From Alphaproteobacteria bacterium (GTDB taxonomy: Bacteria > Pseudomonadota > Alphaproteobacteria > CALKHQ01): a stretch of DNA of 64,000 nucleotides. Shown in pieces: positions 26,077 through 35,576 of this stretch. Position 1 is the first letter of the stretch, and each line of letters begins with the position of its first letter. The DNA lies in NCBI GenBank assembly GCA_965227515.1, contig CBDDFZ010000001.1:1504001-1568000 (forward strand), written 5' to 3'. Below the pieces are notes generated by a model. That model was not told where the DNA came from, ran no database searches, and saw only the letters and a list, made by a program, of their open reading frames with translations. The translations under genes and the position numbers were made by a program.

Positions 26077-28578
26077 ATGCCAGATGACGCCCCGCCCATA
26101 GTCGCGCTCCCTGAGCGGTTCACCGACTGGTTCGCGGACCGCGGCTGGGCGCCGCACCGCCACCAGCTCGAGGTGATCTCGGCGGTGCGGTCGGGCCGCT
26201 CGGTGCTGCTGATCGCGCCCACCGGCGGCGGCAAGACGCTGGCCGGCTTCCTGCCCAGCCTGGTCGATCTGGCCGAGACGGCGGACGGCCTGGACGACCT
26301 GCACACGCTCTACATCTCGCCCCTGAAGGCACTGACGGTCGACGTCCACCGCAATCTGACCACGCCCATTGCCGACATGGGGCTGGCGATCCAGGCCGAG
26401 ACCCGCACCGGCGACACGCCGTCCCACAAGCGGCAACGCCAGCGCCAGCGCCCGCCGCACATACTGCTGACCACGCCCGAGTCGCTGGCGCTGCTCATGA
26501 CCTATGCCGACGCGCCGCGCATGTTCCGCCGCCTGAAATGCGTGGTCATCGACGAGCTGCACGCGATGGCCGGCACCAAGCGCGGCGACCAGCTCGCGCT
26601 CTGCCTTGCACGGCTCAGCACCCTGTCGCCCGATGCCACCCGCATCGGGCTGTCGGCCACCGTCGCCTACCCGGACGCGCTGGCGGCGTGGCTGGGCTCG
26701 GGCGGGCGCGACGTCCACCTGATCCGCGGCGGCGGCGACAAGAAGGCGGTGGTGCGCATCCAGGAGACCAAGGGCGAGTTGCCGTGGTCGGGCCACATCG
26801 GCTACCGCGCGGTGCCGGAGCTTTACGGGGAGATCAGCCAAGCCGGGGTCACCATCGTGTTCGTCAACACCCGCGCCCAGGCGGAGATCATCTTCCAGGC
26901 GCTGTGGGAGGTGAACGAGGACAATCTGCCGATCGCGCTTCACCACGGCAGCCTGGCGGTCGAGCAGCGCCGCAAGGTCGAGGCGGCGATGTCGCGCGGG
27001 TCCTTGCGCGCGGTGGTGGCGACCTCGTCGCTCGACCTCGGCATCGACTGGGCAGACGTCGACCTCGTCATCCAGATCGGCGCGCCGAAGGGGGCGAGCC
27101 GGATGATCCAGCGCATCGGCCGCGCCGGCCACCGGCTGGACGTGCCGAGCCAGGCGCTGCTGGTGCCGGCGAACCGGTTCGAGGTGCTGGAGTGTCGCGC
27201 GGCCGTCGAAGCCATCGACGCCCGCGACCTGGACGGCGACCCGCCCGGCGCCGGGGGGCTCGACGTGCTGGCCCAGCACATCCTCTGCCTCGCCTGCCAG
27301 GGGCCGATCGAGCCAAACGCGCTCTACCGCGAGGTGCGTGGCGCTGCACCCTACGCTGAGCTTGCGCGCAAAGACTTCGACGACACGCTGCGCTTCGCGG
27401 CCGATGGCGGCTATGCGCTTGGCAGCTATGAGCGCTATCAGCGCTTGCGGCGGGACGAGAATGGCCTCTGGCGCATCGCCGCGCCCCGCTTCGCCCAGCG
27501 CCTGCGCATGAACATCGGCACCATCGTCGAGGCGCCGGTGCTGAAAGTGCGCCTGACCGGCGAGGGCAAGCGCAAGTCCGCATTCGGTGGGAAGGTGCTG
27601 GGCGATGTGGAGGACTACTTCGTCAACATGATGACGCCGGGCGACACCTTCATGTTCGCCGGCCGTATGCTGCGGTTCGAGGGCATTCGCGAGAACGCGG
27701 TGATCGCGACGCCGGGCCTGGCCGGCGAGGCGCCGAAGGTGCCGGCCTTCGTCGGCGGGCGGTTGCCGTTCACCACCCAGCTTGCCGACCGGGTGCGCGC
27801 GCTGTTGGAGGACCAGCGGCGCTGGGGCGATCTGCCGGGGCCGGTGGCGGAGTGGCTGCGCCTGCAACTCTGGCGGTCGGAGATGCCGCCGTCCGACGGC
27901 CTGCTGGTCGAGACCTTCCCACGGCGCGAGCGCGAGTACCTGGTCGCCTACACCTTCGCCGGCCGCAACGCGCACCAGACCCTGGGCTTCCTGCTGACCC
28001 GCCGGATGGAGCGCGCCGGGCTGGGGCCGCTTGGCTTCTGCGGCACCGACTACGTGATCGCGGTGTGGAGCCTGCGCCCGGCCCAGGACCTGGACGCGCT
28101 GTTCGACGAGGACATGCTGGGCGACGACCTGGAATCGTGGATGGCGGAATCGTCGCTGCTGAAGCGCACGTTTCGCAATATCGCGGTGATCGCCGGGCTG
28201 ATCGAGCGCCGCAACCCGGGTGCTGAGAAGTCCGGCCGCCAGATCAGCTTCAACGCCGACCTGATCTATGACGTGCTGCGCCGCCACGAGCCCGACCACG
28301 TGCTGCTACGCGCCACCCGCGCCGACGCCGCCAAGGGCTACACCGACATCTCGCGGCTGGCCGGCCTGCTGCGGCGGATCAAGGGGCGCATCCGTCACCG
28401 CCGGCTGGAGCGGGTGTCTCCGCTCGCGGTCCCGGTGCTGCTGGAGGTTGGCAAGGAACAGGTCCACGGCGGTAGCGCCAGCGACGACCTGCTGCACGAG
28501 GCGTCCGCCGATCTCAACGCGGAGGAGCTGATCGCCGAGGCCCTGGCCGGCGCCGACCAGGGCGCGCTGGCGCTATAG
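26077..28578 (+). CDS. ligase-associated DNA damage response DEXH-box helicase (Lhr family)
   Basis: APTGGGKT, YISPLKAL, TTPESL, DELH, HHGSL, TSSLDLGID and QRIGRAGH motifs; 833 aa. Confidence 0.93.
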   Translation: MPDDAPPIVALPERFTDWFADRGWAPHRHQLEVISAVRSGRSVLLIAPTGGGKTLAGFLPSLVDLAETADGLDDLHTLYISPLKALTVDVHRNLTTPIADMGLAIQAETRTGDTPSHKRQRQRQRPPHILLTTPESLALLMTYADAPRMFRRLKCVVIDELHAMAGTKRGDQLALCLARLSTLSPDATRIGLSATVAYPDALAAWLGSGGRDVHLIRGGGDKKAVVRIQETKGELPWSGHIGYRAVPELYGEISQAGVTIVFVNTRAQAEIIFQALWEVNEDNLPIALHHGSLAVEQRRKVEAAMSRGSLRAVVATSSLDLGIDWADVDLVIQIGAPKGASRMIQRIGRAGHRLDVPSQALLVPANRFEVLECRAAVEAIDARDLDGDPPGAGGLDVLAQHILCLACQGPIEPNALYREVRGAAPYAELARKDFDDTLRFAADGGYALGSYERYQRLRRDENGLWRIAAPRFAQRLRMNIGTIVEAPVLKVRLTGEGKRKSAFGGKVLGDVEDYFVNMMTPGDTFMFAGRMLRFEGIRENAVIATPGLAGEAPKVPAFVGGRLPFTTQLADRVRALLEDQRRWGDLPGPVAEWLRLQLWRSEMPPSDGLLVETFPRREREYLVAYTFAGRNAHQTLGFLLTRRMERAGLGPLGFCGTDYVIAVWSLRPAQDLDALFDEDMLGDDLESWMAESSLLKRTFRNIAVIAGLIERRNPGAEKSGRQISFNADLIYDVLRRHEPDHVLLRATRADAAKGYTDISRLAGLLRRIKGRIRHRRLERVSPLAVPVLLEVGKEQVHGGSASDDLLHEASADLNAEELIAEALAGADQGALAL

Positions 28579-28597
28579 GTTCTGGTCACTTGCGCTG

Positions 28598-28681
28598 AAG
28601 TCGGCACCGGCCCTCTCCCCCACCCGGCCACCCAACGACAGTATGCTCTTGGGGCGGCCGGGTGGGGGAGAGGGCTGGCGC
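28598..28681. repeat. palindromic repeat family E
   Basis: CCCTCTCCCCCACCCGGCC..GGCCGGGTGGGGGAGAGGG long hairpin between convergent genes; inverted relative at 58388-58471. Confidence 0.85.
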
Positions 28682-28704
28682 AGACTGAAATATTTAAACG
28701 TGCA

Positions 28705-29838
28705 TTATAGGCCCTGCACCTTCACCGGGTGCAGGTCGTCGTCGAAGATCGCGAGGTCGGCGGAATAGCCGGGCGCGATGCGGCCGTAGCGGCGGTCCAG
28801 CCCCATGAAGCGCGCCGGGGTGGCGGCGGCCATGCGCAGAGCATCGTCCAGCGGCACGCCGACTTGGGTCGCCATGTGGCGCACCGCCCACATCATGTCC
28901 AGGATCGAGCCGCCGATGGTGCCGTCCGCGTTGGCGGCCAGACCGCCGCGCACCGTGATCTCCTGGCCGGCGACCGTGAACGACGTCATGTCGGTGCCGA
29001 CCGGGGGCATCGCGTCGGTGATCAGCATCAGGCCATCCGTACCCTTTGCGGCATAGGCGACCCGCAACATCTCGTCGGCGACATGGTGCCCGTCGGCAAT
29101 GATGCCGGCGGTGACTTGGGGCTCGGCCAGGGCTGCGCCGATCAGGCCGGGCACGCGCGCACTCGCCCCGCTCATGGCGTTGTAGAGGTGGGTGATGCCG
29201 GACAGCCCATGCGCGACGGCGGTCGCCAGCCTGGCGGGAGTCGCCATGCTGTGGCCGGCCGAGACCCGCGCGCCGGCCTGCACCAGTGCCGCGATGTCGG
29301 CATCGTCGACCATCTCCGGCGCCAGGGTCACCAGCGCGGCGGCGCCGGAGTCCACCACCTTGCGCACCAGCTCGGTCAGGTGCGGATCGAATGGTGTCAT
29401 CAGATTGGGGTCGTGGATGCCGGCCTTGGCCGGGTTCAGGTGCGGCCCCTCCAGGTGGATGCCGGCGATGGTGCGATTGCCGGCGGTGCGCGCCGTCAAC
29501 ACGGCCTCGACCGCAGCCTCCATGATCTCGTACTGGTCGGTGATGATGGTCGCGAGCAGGGCGGCGGTGCCGAACCGGCGGTGGGCCGCCGCGATGCACG
29601 CCAGCGCACCGGTGGACGGGTCGTCGTTGAACAGCTTGCCGCCGCCGCCATTGGCCTGGACGTCGACGAAGCCGGGGGCGATATGCAACCCGTCCAGCTT
29701 GATCCGCCGCACGGCGGCCGGGACGTCTGCGGGCGGGACGACGGCCACGATGCTGCCGCGCGACACCCGCACCGCGAGGTCGGTCCGTGTCTCGGCGCCG
29801 GTGTGCACGACCGCGTCGATCAGGGCGTAGTCGTTCAT
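28705..29838 (-). CDS. nagA: N-acetylglucosamine-6-phosphate deacetylase
   Basis: PGFVDVQANG, HLEGP, GHS, THLYNAM, DGHHV and ITDAM motifs. Confidence 0.95.
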   Translation of the reverse strand: MNDYALIDAVVHTGAETRTDLAVRVSRGSIVAVVPPADVPAAVRRIKLDGLHIAPGFVDVQANGGGGKLFNDDPSTGALACIAAAHRRFGTAALLATIITDQYEIMEAAVEAVLTARTAGNRTIAGIHLEGPHLNPAKAGIHDPNLMTPFDPHLTELVRKVVDSGAAALVTLAPEMVDDADIAALVQAGARVSAGHSMATPARLATAVAHGLSGITHLYNAMSGASARVPGLIGAALAEPQVTAGIIADGHHVADEMLRVAYAAKGTDGLMLITDAMPPVGTDMTSFTVAGQEITVRGGLAANADGTIGGSILDMMWAVRHMATQVGVPLDDALRMAAATPARFMGLDRRYGRIAPGYSADLAIFDDDLHPVKVQGL

Positions 29839-29891
29839 GGTCCGCTCATGATCGGCTTCCGAGGACCGGCGCCATCCCCGGCCGGCTTCGG

Positions 29892-30416
29892 CTACGCGGC
29901 ACTCTTGGCGCTCTTGGTATTGCGGCAGTTGGGGCAGAGCCCGGTCAGTTCCACCACATGGCCCTGCAGCTCGAAGCCCGCGAGGTCGGCCATGTGGTCG
30001 AGCGCGGCATCGAGCGGACCTTCCTCGATTTCCGCGGCCTCGCCGCAGCCGCCGCAGATCAGGAAATGCGCCCGGTGGTGGGCCGACGGCTGGGCACACC
30101 CGACATAGGCGTTCAGGGTGTGGAGCTTGTGCACCAGGCCCGCGTCGGCCAGGAACTCCAGCGCGCGATAGACGGTCGGCGGGCCTGGCCGGCGCCCGTT
30201 TTCGGCCAGTTGGTCGAGCAGGTCGTAGGCGCCGACCGGGCGGTGCGACTGCCACACCAGCTCCAGCACCCGCCGGCGCAGGCTGGTCAGCCGGGCGCCC
30301 TGCTGGCGGCAGACGTCTTCGGCCTGGGCGATGGCGTCCGCCACGCAGCGCACGTGATCGTGGGCCGGATCGGGGAACCCGGCCTCGGCATTGACGTTAT
30401 CGGCAGGTGGCGTCAT
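29892..30416 (-). CDS. zur: Fur-family regulator, Zur-like
   Basis: HDHVRC, GAYDLL, PPTVYRALEFL, FLICGGC and CPNC motifs; alternative start at 30428. Confidence 0.85.
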   Translation of the reverse strand: MTPPADNVNAEAGFPDPAHDHVRCVADAIAQAEDVCRQQGARLTSLRRRVLELVWQSHRPVGAYDLLDQLAENGRRPGPPTVYRALEFLADAGLVHKLHTLNAYVGCAQPSAHHRAHFLICGGCGEAAEIEEGPLDAALDHMADLAGFELQGHVVELTGLCPNCRNTKSAKSAA

Positions 30417-30622
30417 GCGCGCCGCCATGTGGTCATGATCGTGAGCATAGTCCTGCGAAGTATAGGGCCGAGCGGCGGCGAAGTCGCCAGTGTCGGTCTC
30501 GATCGCGCATGACGAACGCCAACGCCGGTTGATGGACTGGTCTATCCGCCATATCCCACTTAGTGTGGCGTCCATAGGCCACGCAAAGAACGCAAACGAA
30601 TTTGGCATGCTGGGGGTTTGAA

Positions 30623-31153
30623 ATGCATCGGTTGTTAACGCGGCGGGGATTCGCGCGGCAGGCCATGGGCCTGGCGGCAACGCTGAGCGCATCGGGCGGC
30701 ATGGCTGGGCTGGCCGGGCGGGCACAGGCCGCCGAAGCCTGGCAGACCGCGCCGTTCATGCTGGGCAACGGCAGCATCGTGACCCTGGAGCAGTTCATCG
30801 GCCAGCCGGTGCTGCTGAACTTCTGGGCCACATGGTGCATTCCGTGCCGCACCGAGATGCCGTCGCTGGACGAGTTGCAGGCCGCCTTCGGCGGTCACCT
30901 TACGGTCATGACCCTGTCGGTCGATACCGGCGGCATCCCGCAGATCCAGGACTATTACGCCCAGTACGAGCTGACCAACCTGGGCATCTTTCACGACAAC
31001 ACCGGGGCCATGGCGACAGCCTTCGGCATCACCAGCTATCCGACCACCTATCTGATCGACCGCTATGGCAACGTCGCCGGCGTCTATGCCCGGGCGTTCG
31101 ACTGGTCGTCCACGGTGGCGAAGGCAACGGTCGCGGCCATCGTGCAGCGTTGA
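30623..31153 (+). CDS. TlpA/ResA-family thiol-disulfide reductase with Tat-like leader
   Basis: LLNFWATWCIPCRTEMPSL and YPTTYLID motifs; TRRGF N-terminus. Confidence 0.9.
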   Translation: MHRLLTRRGFARQAMGLAATLSASGGMAGLAGRAQAAEAWQTAPFMLGNGSIVTLEQFIGQPVLLNFWATWCIPCRTEMPSLDELQAAFGGHLTVMTLSVDTGGIPQIQDYYAQYELTNLGIFHDNTGAMATAFGITSYPTTYLIDRYGNVAGVYARAFDWSSTVAKATVAAIVQR

Positions 31154-31166
31154 CGGGCGTTCAACG

Positions 31167-33215
31167 ATGACCGGAACTGCAGGCGCGGCGGGCGACGATC
31201 CGTATCTCTGGCTTGAGGAGATCGACGGCGCGCGTGCCCTGGACTGGGTGCGCGCCGAGAACGCGCGCAGCTTGGCGGTGCTGGAGGCCGATCCCCGCTT
31301 CGCCACCATCCACGCCCAGGCGCGCGACATCCATACCGCCAAGGACCGCATCCCCTACGGCCGCGCCATCGACGGCCTGGTGCACAATTTCTGGCGCGAC
31401 GAGGCCCATGTGCGCGGCCTGCTTCGCTGCGCGCCGCTGGATGAGTATCGCAAGGCGTCGCCGGACTGGCGCACGGTCATCGATATCGATGCACTGGCCG
31501 AAGCCGAGGGCGAGAACTGGGTCTATGCCGGCCGCGACTTCCTGCCGGGGGACCCGCAGCGCTTCATGATCAGCCTGTCGCGCGGCGGCGGCGATGCCGT
31601 GGTGCTGCGCGAGTACAACGGTCTTGCGGGCGGATTTGTGGAGGGTGGGTTCATGCTGCCCGAGGGCAAGCAGACCGCGGCCTGGGTCGATGCCGACCGC
31701 CTGCTCGTGGCGTCGGAGCACGGCGGCGGCACCCTCAATACGTCGGGCTATCCGAACCGGGTGCGTGCCTGGTCGCGCGGCGCCCCGTTCGAGAATGCCG
31801 CGCTGGTGTGCGAGGCGCCGGAGGACGAAGCGTTCCTGTGGCCGATCACTCTGCGCCGGCCGGAGGGCACCTATCACTTCGTGCTGCGCAAGCCGGACGG
31901 CTACAGCCAGATCCTGTTCCTGCTCGACCCGGACCTGAACCCGGTGCGGCTCGACGTGCCGCAGGACAGCGAGTTCGAGGGCGTGCTCGGCGGCCAGATG
32001 CTGCTGTCGCTGCGCTCGGACTGGTCGGTCGAGGGCGCCACGCTGCCGGCCGGCGGCCTGGTCTCGCTCGACCTGGCGCATACGGCGGCGGACGGCCAGG
32101 CCCGCAACGCCCGGCTTGTCGCGCCGGCGCCGGCGCGGGGCGCGATCCAGGGTGCCGCGGTCGCCGGCGACCGCCTGCTGATCCAGATGATCGACAACGT
32201 GAAGGGGCGGATCGAGAGCGCCACGCTCGAGCCCGATGGGTGGCGTACCGCGCCGATAGATCTGCCGGACCTGGGCAGCGTGAACATCGTCGACGCCGAC
32301 CCGATGGACGGCACCGCGTTCGTGACCTTCCAGGACTTTCTGACGCCGACAACGCTCTATCTCGTGCGCGGCGAGGCACCGCCGGAACCGATCAAGCAGA
32401 TGCCGGCGCACACCGACACCTCGCCCTATGCCGTCGACCAGCACTTCGCCACCTCGAAGGACGGGACCGAGGTGCCCTATTTCCTGCTGCGGTCGAAGGA
32501 CATCCCCGGCGACGGGACCACGCCCACCTTGCTCTATGGCTATGGCGGGTTCGAGATCTCGCTGACGCCGAGCTATCTGGGTCCGGCGCAGAAGGCGTGG
32601 CTGGAGCACGGCGGCGCCTATGCCATCGCCAACATCCGGGGCGGCGGCGAGTTCGGGCCGGCCTGGCATCGCGCGGCGATGAAGCAGCATCGGCAGCGCG
32701 CGTTCGACGATTTCTATGCCGTCGCCGAGGATCTGGTGGCGCGCAAGGTCACGACGCCGGCGCGACTCGGCATCTATGGCGGCTCGAACGGCGGCCTGCT
32801 GGTCGGCGTGGCGATGACCCAGCGGCCGGAGCTGTTCGGTGCCGTGGTGTGCGCGGTGCCGCTGGCCGACATGCTGCGCTATCACACGCTGTTGGCCGGC
32901 GCATCGTGGATCGGCGAGTACGGCAACCCGGACGTGCCGGAGGAGCGCGCCTGGATCGCGCGCTACTCGCCCTATCAGAACGTGCGCTCAGGCGACGGGC
33001 CGCCGGTGTTTTTCTGGACCTCGACCCGGGACGACCGGGTGCACCCCGGCCACGCCCGCAAGATGGCCGCCAAGCTGATGGAGATGGGCGCCGACGTGCT
33101 CTACTACGAGAATGTCGAGGGCGGTCACAGTGCCGCGGCGGACCTGTTGCAGCTCGCCCGCCGCGATGCGCTGACCGTGGTCTACATGCTGCAGAAGCTG
33201 GCCGACGCGGGGTAG
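31167..33215 (+). CDS. prolyl oligopeptidase (S9A)
   Basis: DPYLWLE, YGYGGF, ANIRGGGE, GGSNGG, DDRVHP and EGGH motifs. Confidence 0.95.
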   Translation: MTGTAGAAGDDPYLWLEEIDGARALDWVRAENARSLAVLEADPRFATIHAQARDIHTAKDRIPYGRAIDGLVHNFWRDEAHVRGLLRCAPLDEYRKASPDWRTVIDIDALAEAEGENWVYAGRDFLPGDPQRFMISLSRGGGDAVVLREYNGLAGGFVEGGFMLPEGKQTAAWVDADRLLVASEHGGGTLNTSGYPNRVRAWSRGAPFENAALVCEAPEDEAFLWPITLRRPEGTYHFVLRKPDGYSQILFLLDPDLNPVRLDVPQDSEFEGVLGGQMLLSLRSDWSVEGATLPAGGLVSLDLAHTAADGQARNARLVAPAPARGAIQGAAVAGDRLLIQMIDNVKGRIESATLEPDGWRTAPIDLPDLGSVNIVDADPMDGTAFVTFQDFLTPTTLYLVRGEAPPEPIKQMPAHTDTSPYAVDQHFATSKDGTEVPYFLLRSKDIPGDGTTPTLLYGYGGFEISLTPSYLGPAQKAWLEHGGAYAIANIRGGGEFGPAWHRAAMKQHRQRAFDDFYAVAEDLVARKVTTPARLGIYGGSNGGLLVGVAMTQRPELFGAVVCAVPLADMLRYHTLLAGASWIGEYGNPDVPEERAWIARYSPYQNVRSGDGPPVFFWTSTRDDRVHPGHARKMAAKLMEMGADVLYYENVEGGHSAAADLLQLARRDALTVVYMLQKLADAG

Positions 33216-33229
33216 CGGCCAACCCTCCC

Positions 33230-33407
33230 TCGTCGCCCTCGCCCTTGTGGCGAGGGCCCATTTGCGTAGCAGTCTGGACCGGTGCCGAAAGTAGCTGGCA
33301 GGATGTCCTACCGTAGTCCGCCTGCCCGCCGTCTTGGATGCCGGCTCACCTCAACAGATTGAGTTTTGGACAGGAATGGGTCCTCGCTACAAGGGCGAGG
33401 ACGACAA
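33230..33407. repeat. MITE/REPIN-like repeat family F
   Basis: Arms GTCGCCCTCGCCCTTGTGGCGAGGGCCCATT / AATGGGTCCTCGCTACAAGGGCGAGGACGAC; second copy at 56101-56281. Confidence 0.85.
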
Positions 33408-33454
33408 TGATTGATTTGATGGGACCGCGCCTACGCAGCGCAAGCTAAGACAGA

Positions 33455-33817
33455 TCAACCGCCCGCCAGCACCTCGCGGGCCTTGGCGCGCAGATCCTCG
33501 ACCGAGAACGGCTTGGCGATGATGGCGGCGACCAGTGCCTCCAGATTGTAGGCGCGGCGCAGTTCGTCCGGGTAGCCGCTGACCAGGATGATGCTGGTGG
33601 CCGGGTGGTCCTTGGCGACCTTCAGCGCCAGCGCCAGGCCGTCCAGCTCGGGCATCACGATGTCGCTGATCAACAGGTCGACCGGCTGCTCGGCCAGTCG
33701 CGCCAGGGCCTCCAAACCGTCGCCGGCCTGAAAGGTCTCATGGCCGTCGCCACTGAGCGCGCGCGCCATGAAGGTGCGCAGCGCTTCTTCGTCGTCGACT
33801 ACCAGGATTCGTGCCAT
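33455..33817 (-). CDS. single-domain response regulator (CpdR-like)
   Basis: ILVVDDE, DIVMPELDG and KPF motifs; 120 aa. Confidence 0.9.
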   Translation of the reverse strand: MARILVVDDEEALRTFMARALSGDGHETFQAGDGLEALARLAEQPVDLLISDIVMPELDGLALALKVAKDHPATSIILVSGYPDELRRAYNLEALVAAIIAKPFSVEDLRAKAREVLAGG

Positions 33818-33846
33818 GGACGTGCCCGAGCTGTCAGGCGAGGCGC

Positions 33847-34623
33847 TCAGCCCCCGTGATCATCGTCGCCCTGATCGTCGCCGTCGCTGTCGTCGGTAGC
33901 GCTGTCGGGGTCGGAAAACAGGTCGGCCGGAATCTCGGAGCGGTCGACCTCGACCTGCCAGTTCAACGGCGCGTCGCTGTTGCGGGTGATCACGCTCTCG
34001 AACGCCGCGGTCTCGCCCGGGCCAAGCTGCGATACCGGCGGCGGGATCGACCACGACCTGAGCGGGTCGCCGTCCGCGTCGTTCAAGGTGTAGGTGAGGA
34101 ACGAGGTCTGGCGCGGCTTGTCGTCGTTGTTGACCAGCACGCCGCCCAGGGTGACGACGGCGCTGCCGTCGCGCACGCCGGGTTCCTCGAAGGTCTCCGC
34201 CACCTGGATCAGCGGCAGCGGGATGCCGATCCAGTTGTAGACGTGCTCGGCCTGCGGCCACTGGTCGACAATCCAGCCGCGCGCGAAATAGCCGCCGGCG
34301 GCAACGCCGACCACGACGATGAAGAGCAGAATCCACGCGAAGGCCGCCAACGGACCGCCACCGCGCCGCCGCGCTTGCGATGGTGCGGCCCTGGACGCAC
34401 GGCCGGCGTCCTGGCGCGTATCGGCACGCGGCGGCGGCGGTGCGACCACGGGGTCGGGCGCCGGCGGCGGATAGGGGTCCACCGCGGGCGGCGCGGCGGC
34501 GGCCGGCTGTTGCGCCAGCCAGACATGGCTGCATTTGGCGCAGCGCACTTTCCGCCCGGCTGGTCCCAGGTTCTGGGCCTGGACCGAGAAGCGTGTCTGG
34601 CAGTTGGGGCACGACAGGATCAT
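33847..34623 (-). CDS. MJ0042-type zinc-ribbon membrane protein (DUF3426-like)
   Basis: CPNC..RF..GRKVRCAKCSHVW, Pro-rich linker, one TM; divergent from ftsE. Confidence 0.88.
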   Translation of the reverse strand: MILSCPNCQTRFSVQAQNLGPAGRKVRCAKCSHVWLAQQPAAAAPPAVDPYPPPAPDPVVAPPPPRADTRQDAGRASRAAPSQARRRGGGPLAAFAWILLFIVVVGVAAGGYFARGWIVDQWPQAEHVYNWIGIPLPLIQVAETFEEPGVRDGSAVVTLGGVLVNNDDKPRQTSFLTYTLNDADGDPLRSWSIPPPVSQLGPGETAAFESVITRNSDAPLNWQVEVDRSEIPADLFSDPDSATDDSDGDDQGDDDHGG

Positions 34624-34877
34624 GCGGGGCTCCGAAGGCGCACGGGACGGCATGGCGCGACTCGCCGGGGGACCCGACCCGCTGACAAGCCTGCAAAACT
34701 AAGCGCATCCCCCGCCCGTGACAAGCAACAGCCGTGGACCCTTGCGCGCGCCCATGCCATCTTCCGGGTGCGCAGAGTCGAGACTGACGTCGCGAGGGGC
34801 TTCGTGGCGGAGGTTGTGATGGACGCCGTGGCGGGCGCCGCCAACCGGCACATGCGAGGCTGACAGGCACACGGGCG

Positions 34878-35567
34878 ATGGTGCGATTCGAGAATGTCGG
34901 ACTGCGGTACGGCGCCGGCGCGGAAGTGCTGCGCGACGTTTCGTTCGACCTGGCGCCCGGCTCGTTCCACTTCCTCACCGGGCCCAGCGGTGCCGGCAAG
35001 ACCAGCCTGCTCAAGCTGATGTACCTGGCGCTCCGGCCCTCGCGCGGGCTGGTCCACCTGCTGGACCATGACATCGCGCGCACGCCGCGCGACCAGTTGC
35101 CCGCCATCCGCCGCAAGATCGGCGTGGTGTTCCAGGAATACCGGCTGATCGACCATATGAGCGCCTTCGACAACGTGGCGATGCCGCTCAGGATCGCCGG
35201 CAAGAAGGAAAAGCAGGTCCAGACCCACACCCGCGAGTTGCTGCAATGGGTGGGGCTGGGCGACTATATGCACGCCCGCCCGCCCACGCTGTCCGGCGGG
35301 CAGCAACAGCGCATCGCGATTGCGCGCGCGGTGATCGCAGCCCCCCGTCTGTTGCTGGCCGACGAGCCGACCGGCCATGTCGACGACGAGATGGGCCTGC
35401 GGCTGCTGCGCCTGTTCGAGGAACTCAACAAGCTCGGCACCACCATCGTCATCGCAACGCACAGCACCGCGCTGATCGAGCGGTTCCGCCATCCGATCCT
35501 GCAGTTGCGCGATGGCGAGCTGAGTGTTGACCATAGGGCGGGCCCGCGCGCCCAGGCCGCGGAATAG
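34878..35567 (+). CDS. ftsE: cell division ATP-binding protein FtsE
   Basis: GPSGAGKTS, IGVVFQEYRL, LSGGQQQR and ADEPTG motifs. Confidence 0.95.
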   Translation: MVRFENVGLRYGAGAEVLRDVSFDLAPGSFHFLTGPSGAGKTSLLKLMYLALRPSRGLVHLLDHDIARTPRDQLPAIRRKIGVVFQEYRLIDHMSAFDNVAMPLRIAGKKEKQVQTHTRELLQWVGLGDYMHARPPTLSGGQQQRIAIARAVIAAPRLLLADEPTGHVDDEMGLRLLRLFEELNKLGTTIVIATHSTALIERFRHPILQLRDGELSVDHRAGPRAQAAE

Positions 35568-35576
35568 GCGCGCGCG

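Noticed and set aside
28705-30255. 516-aa ORF as a Zur-NagA fusion
   Set aside because: The upstream extension is an alternative frame over zur; NagA similarity starts at 29838.
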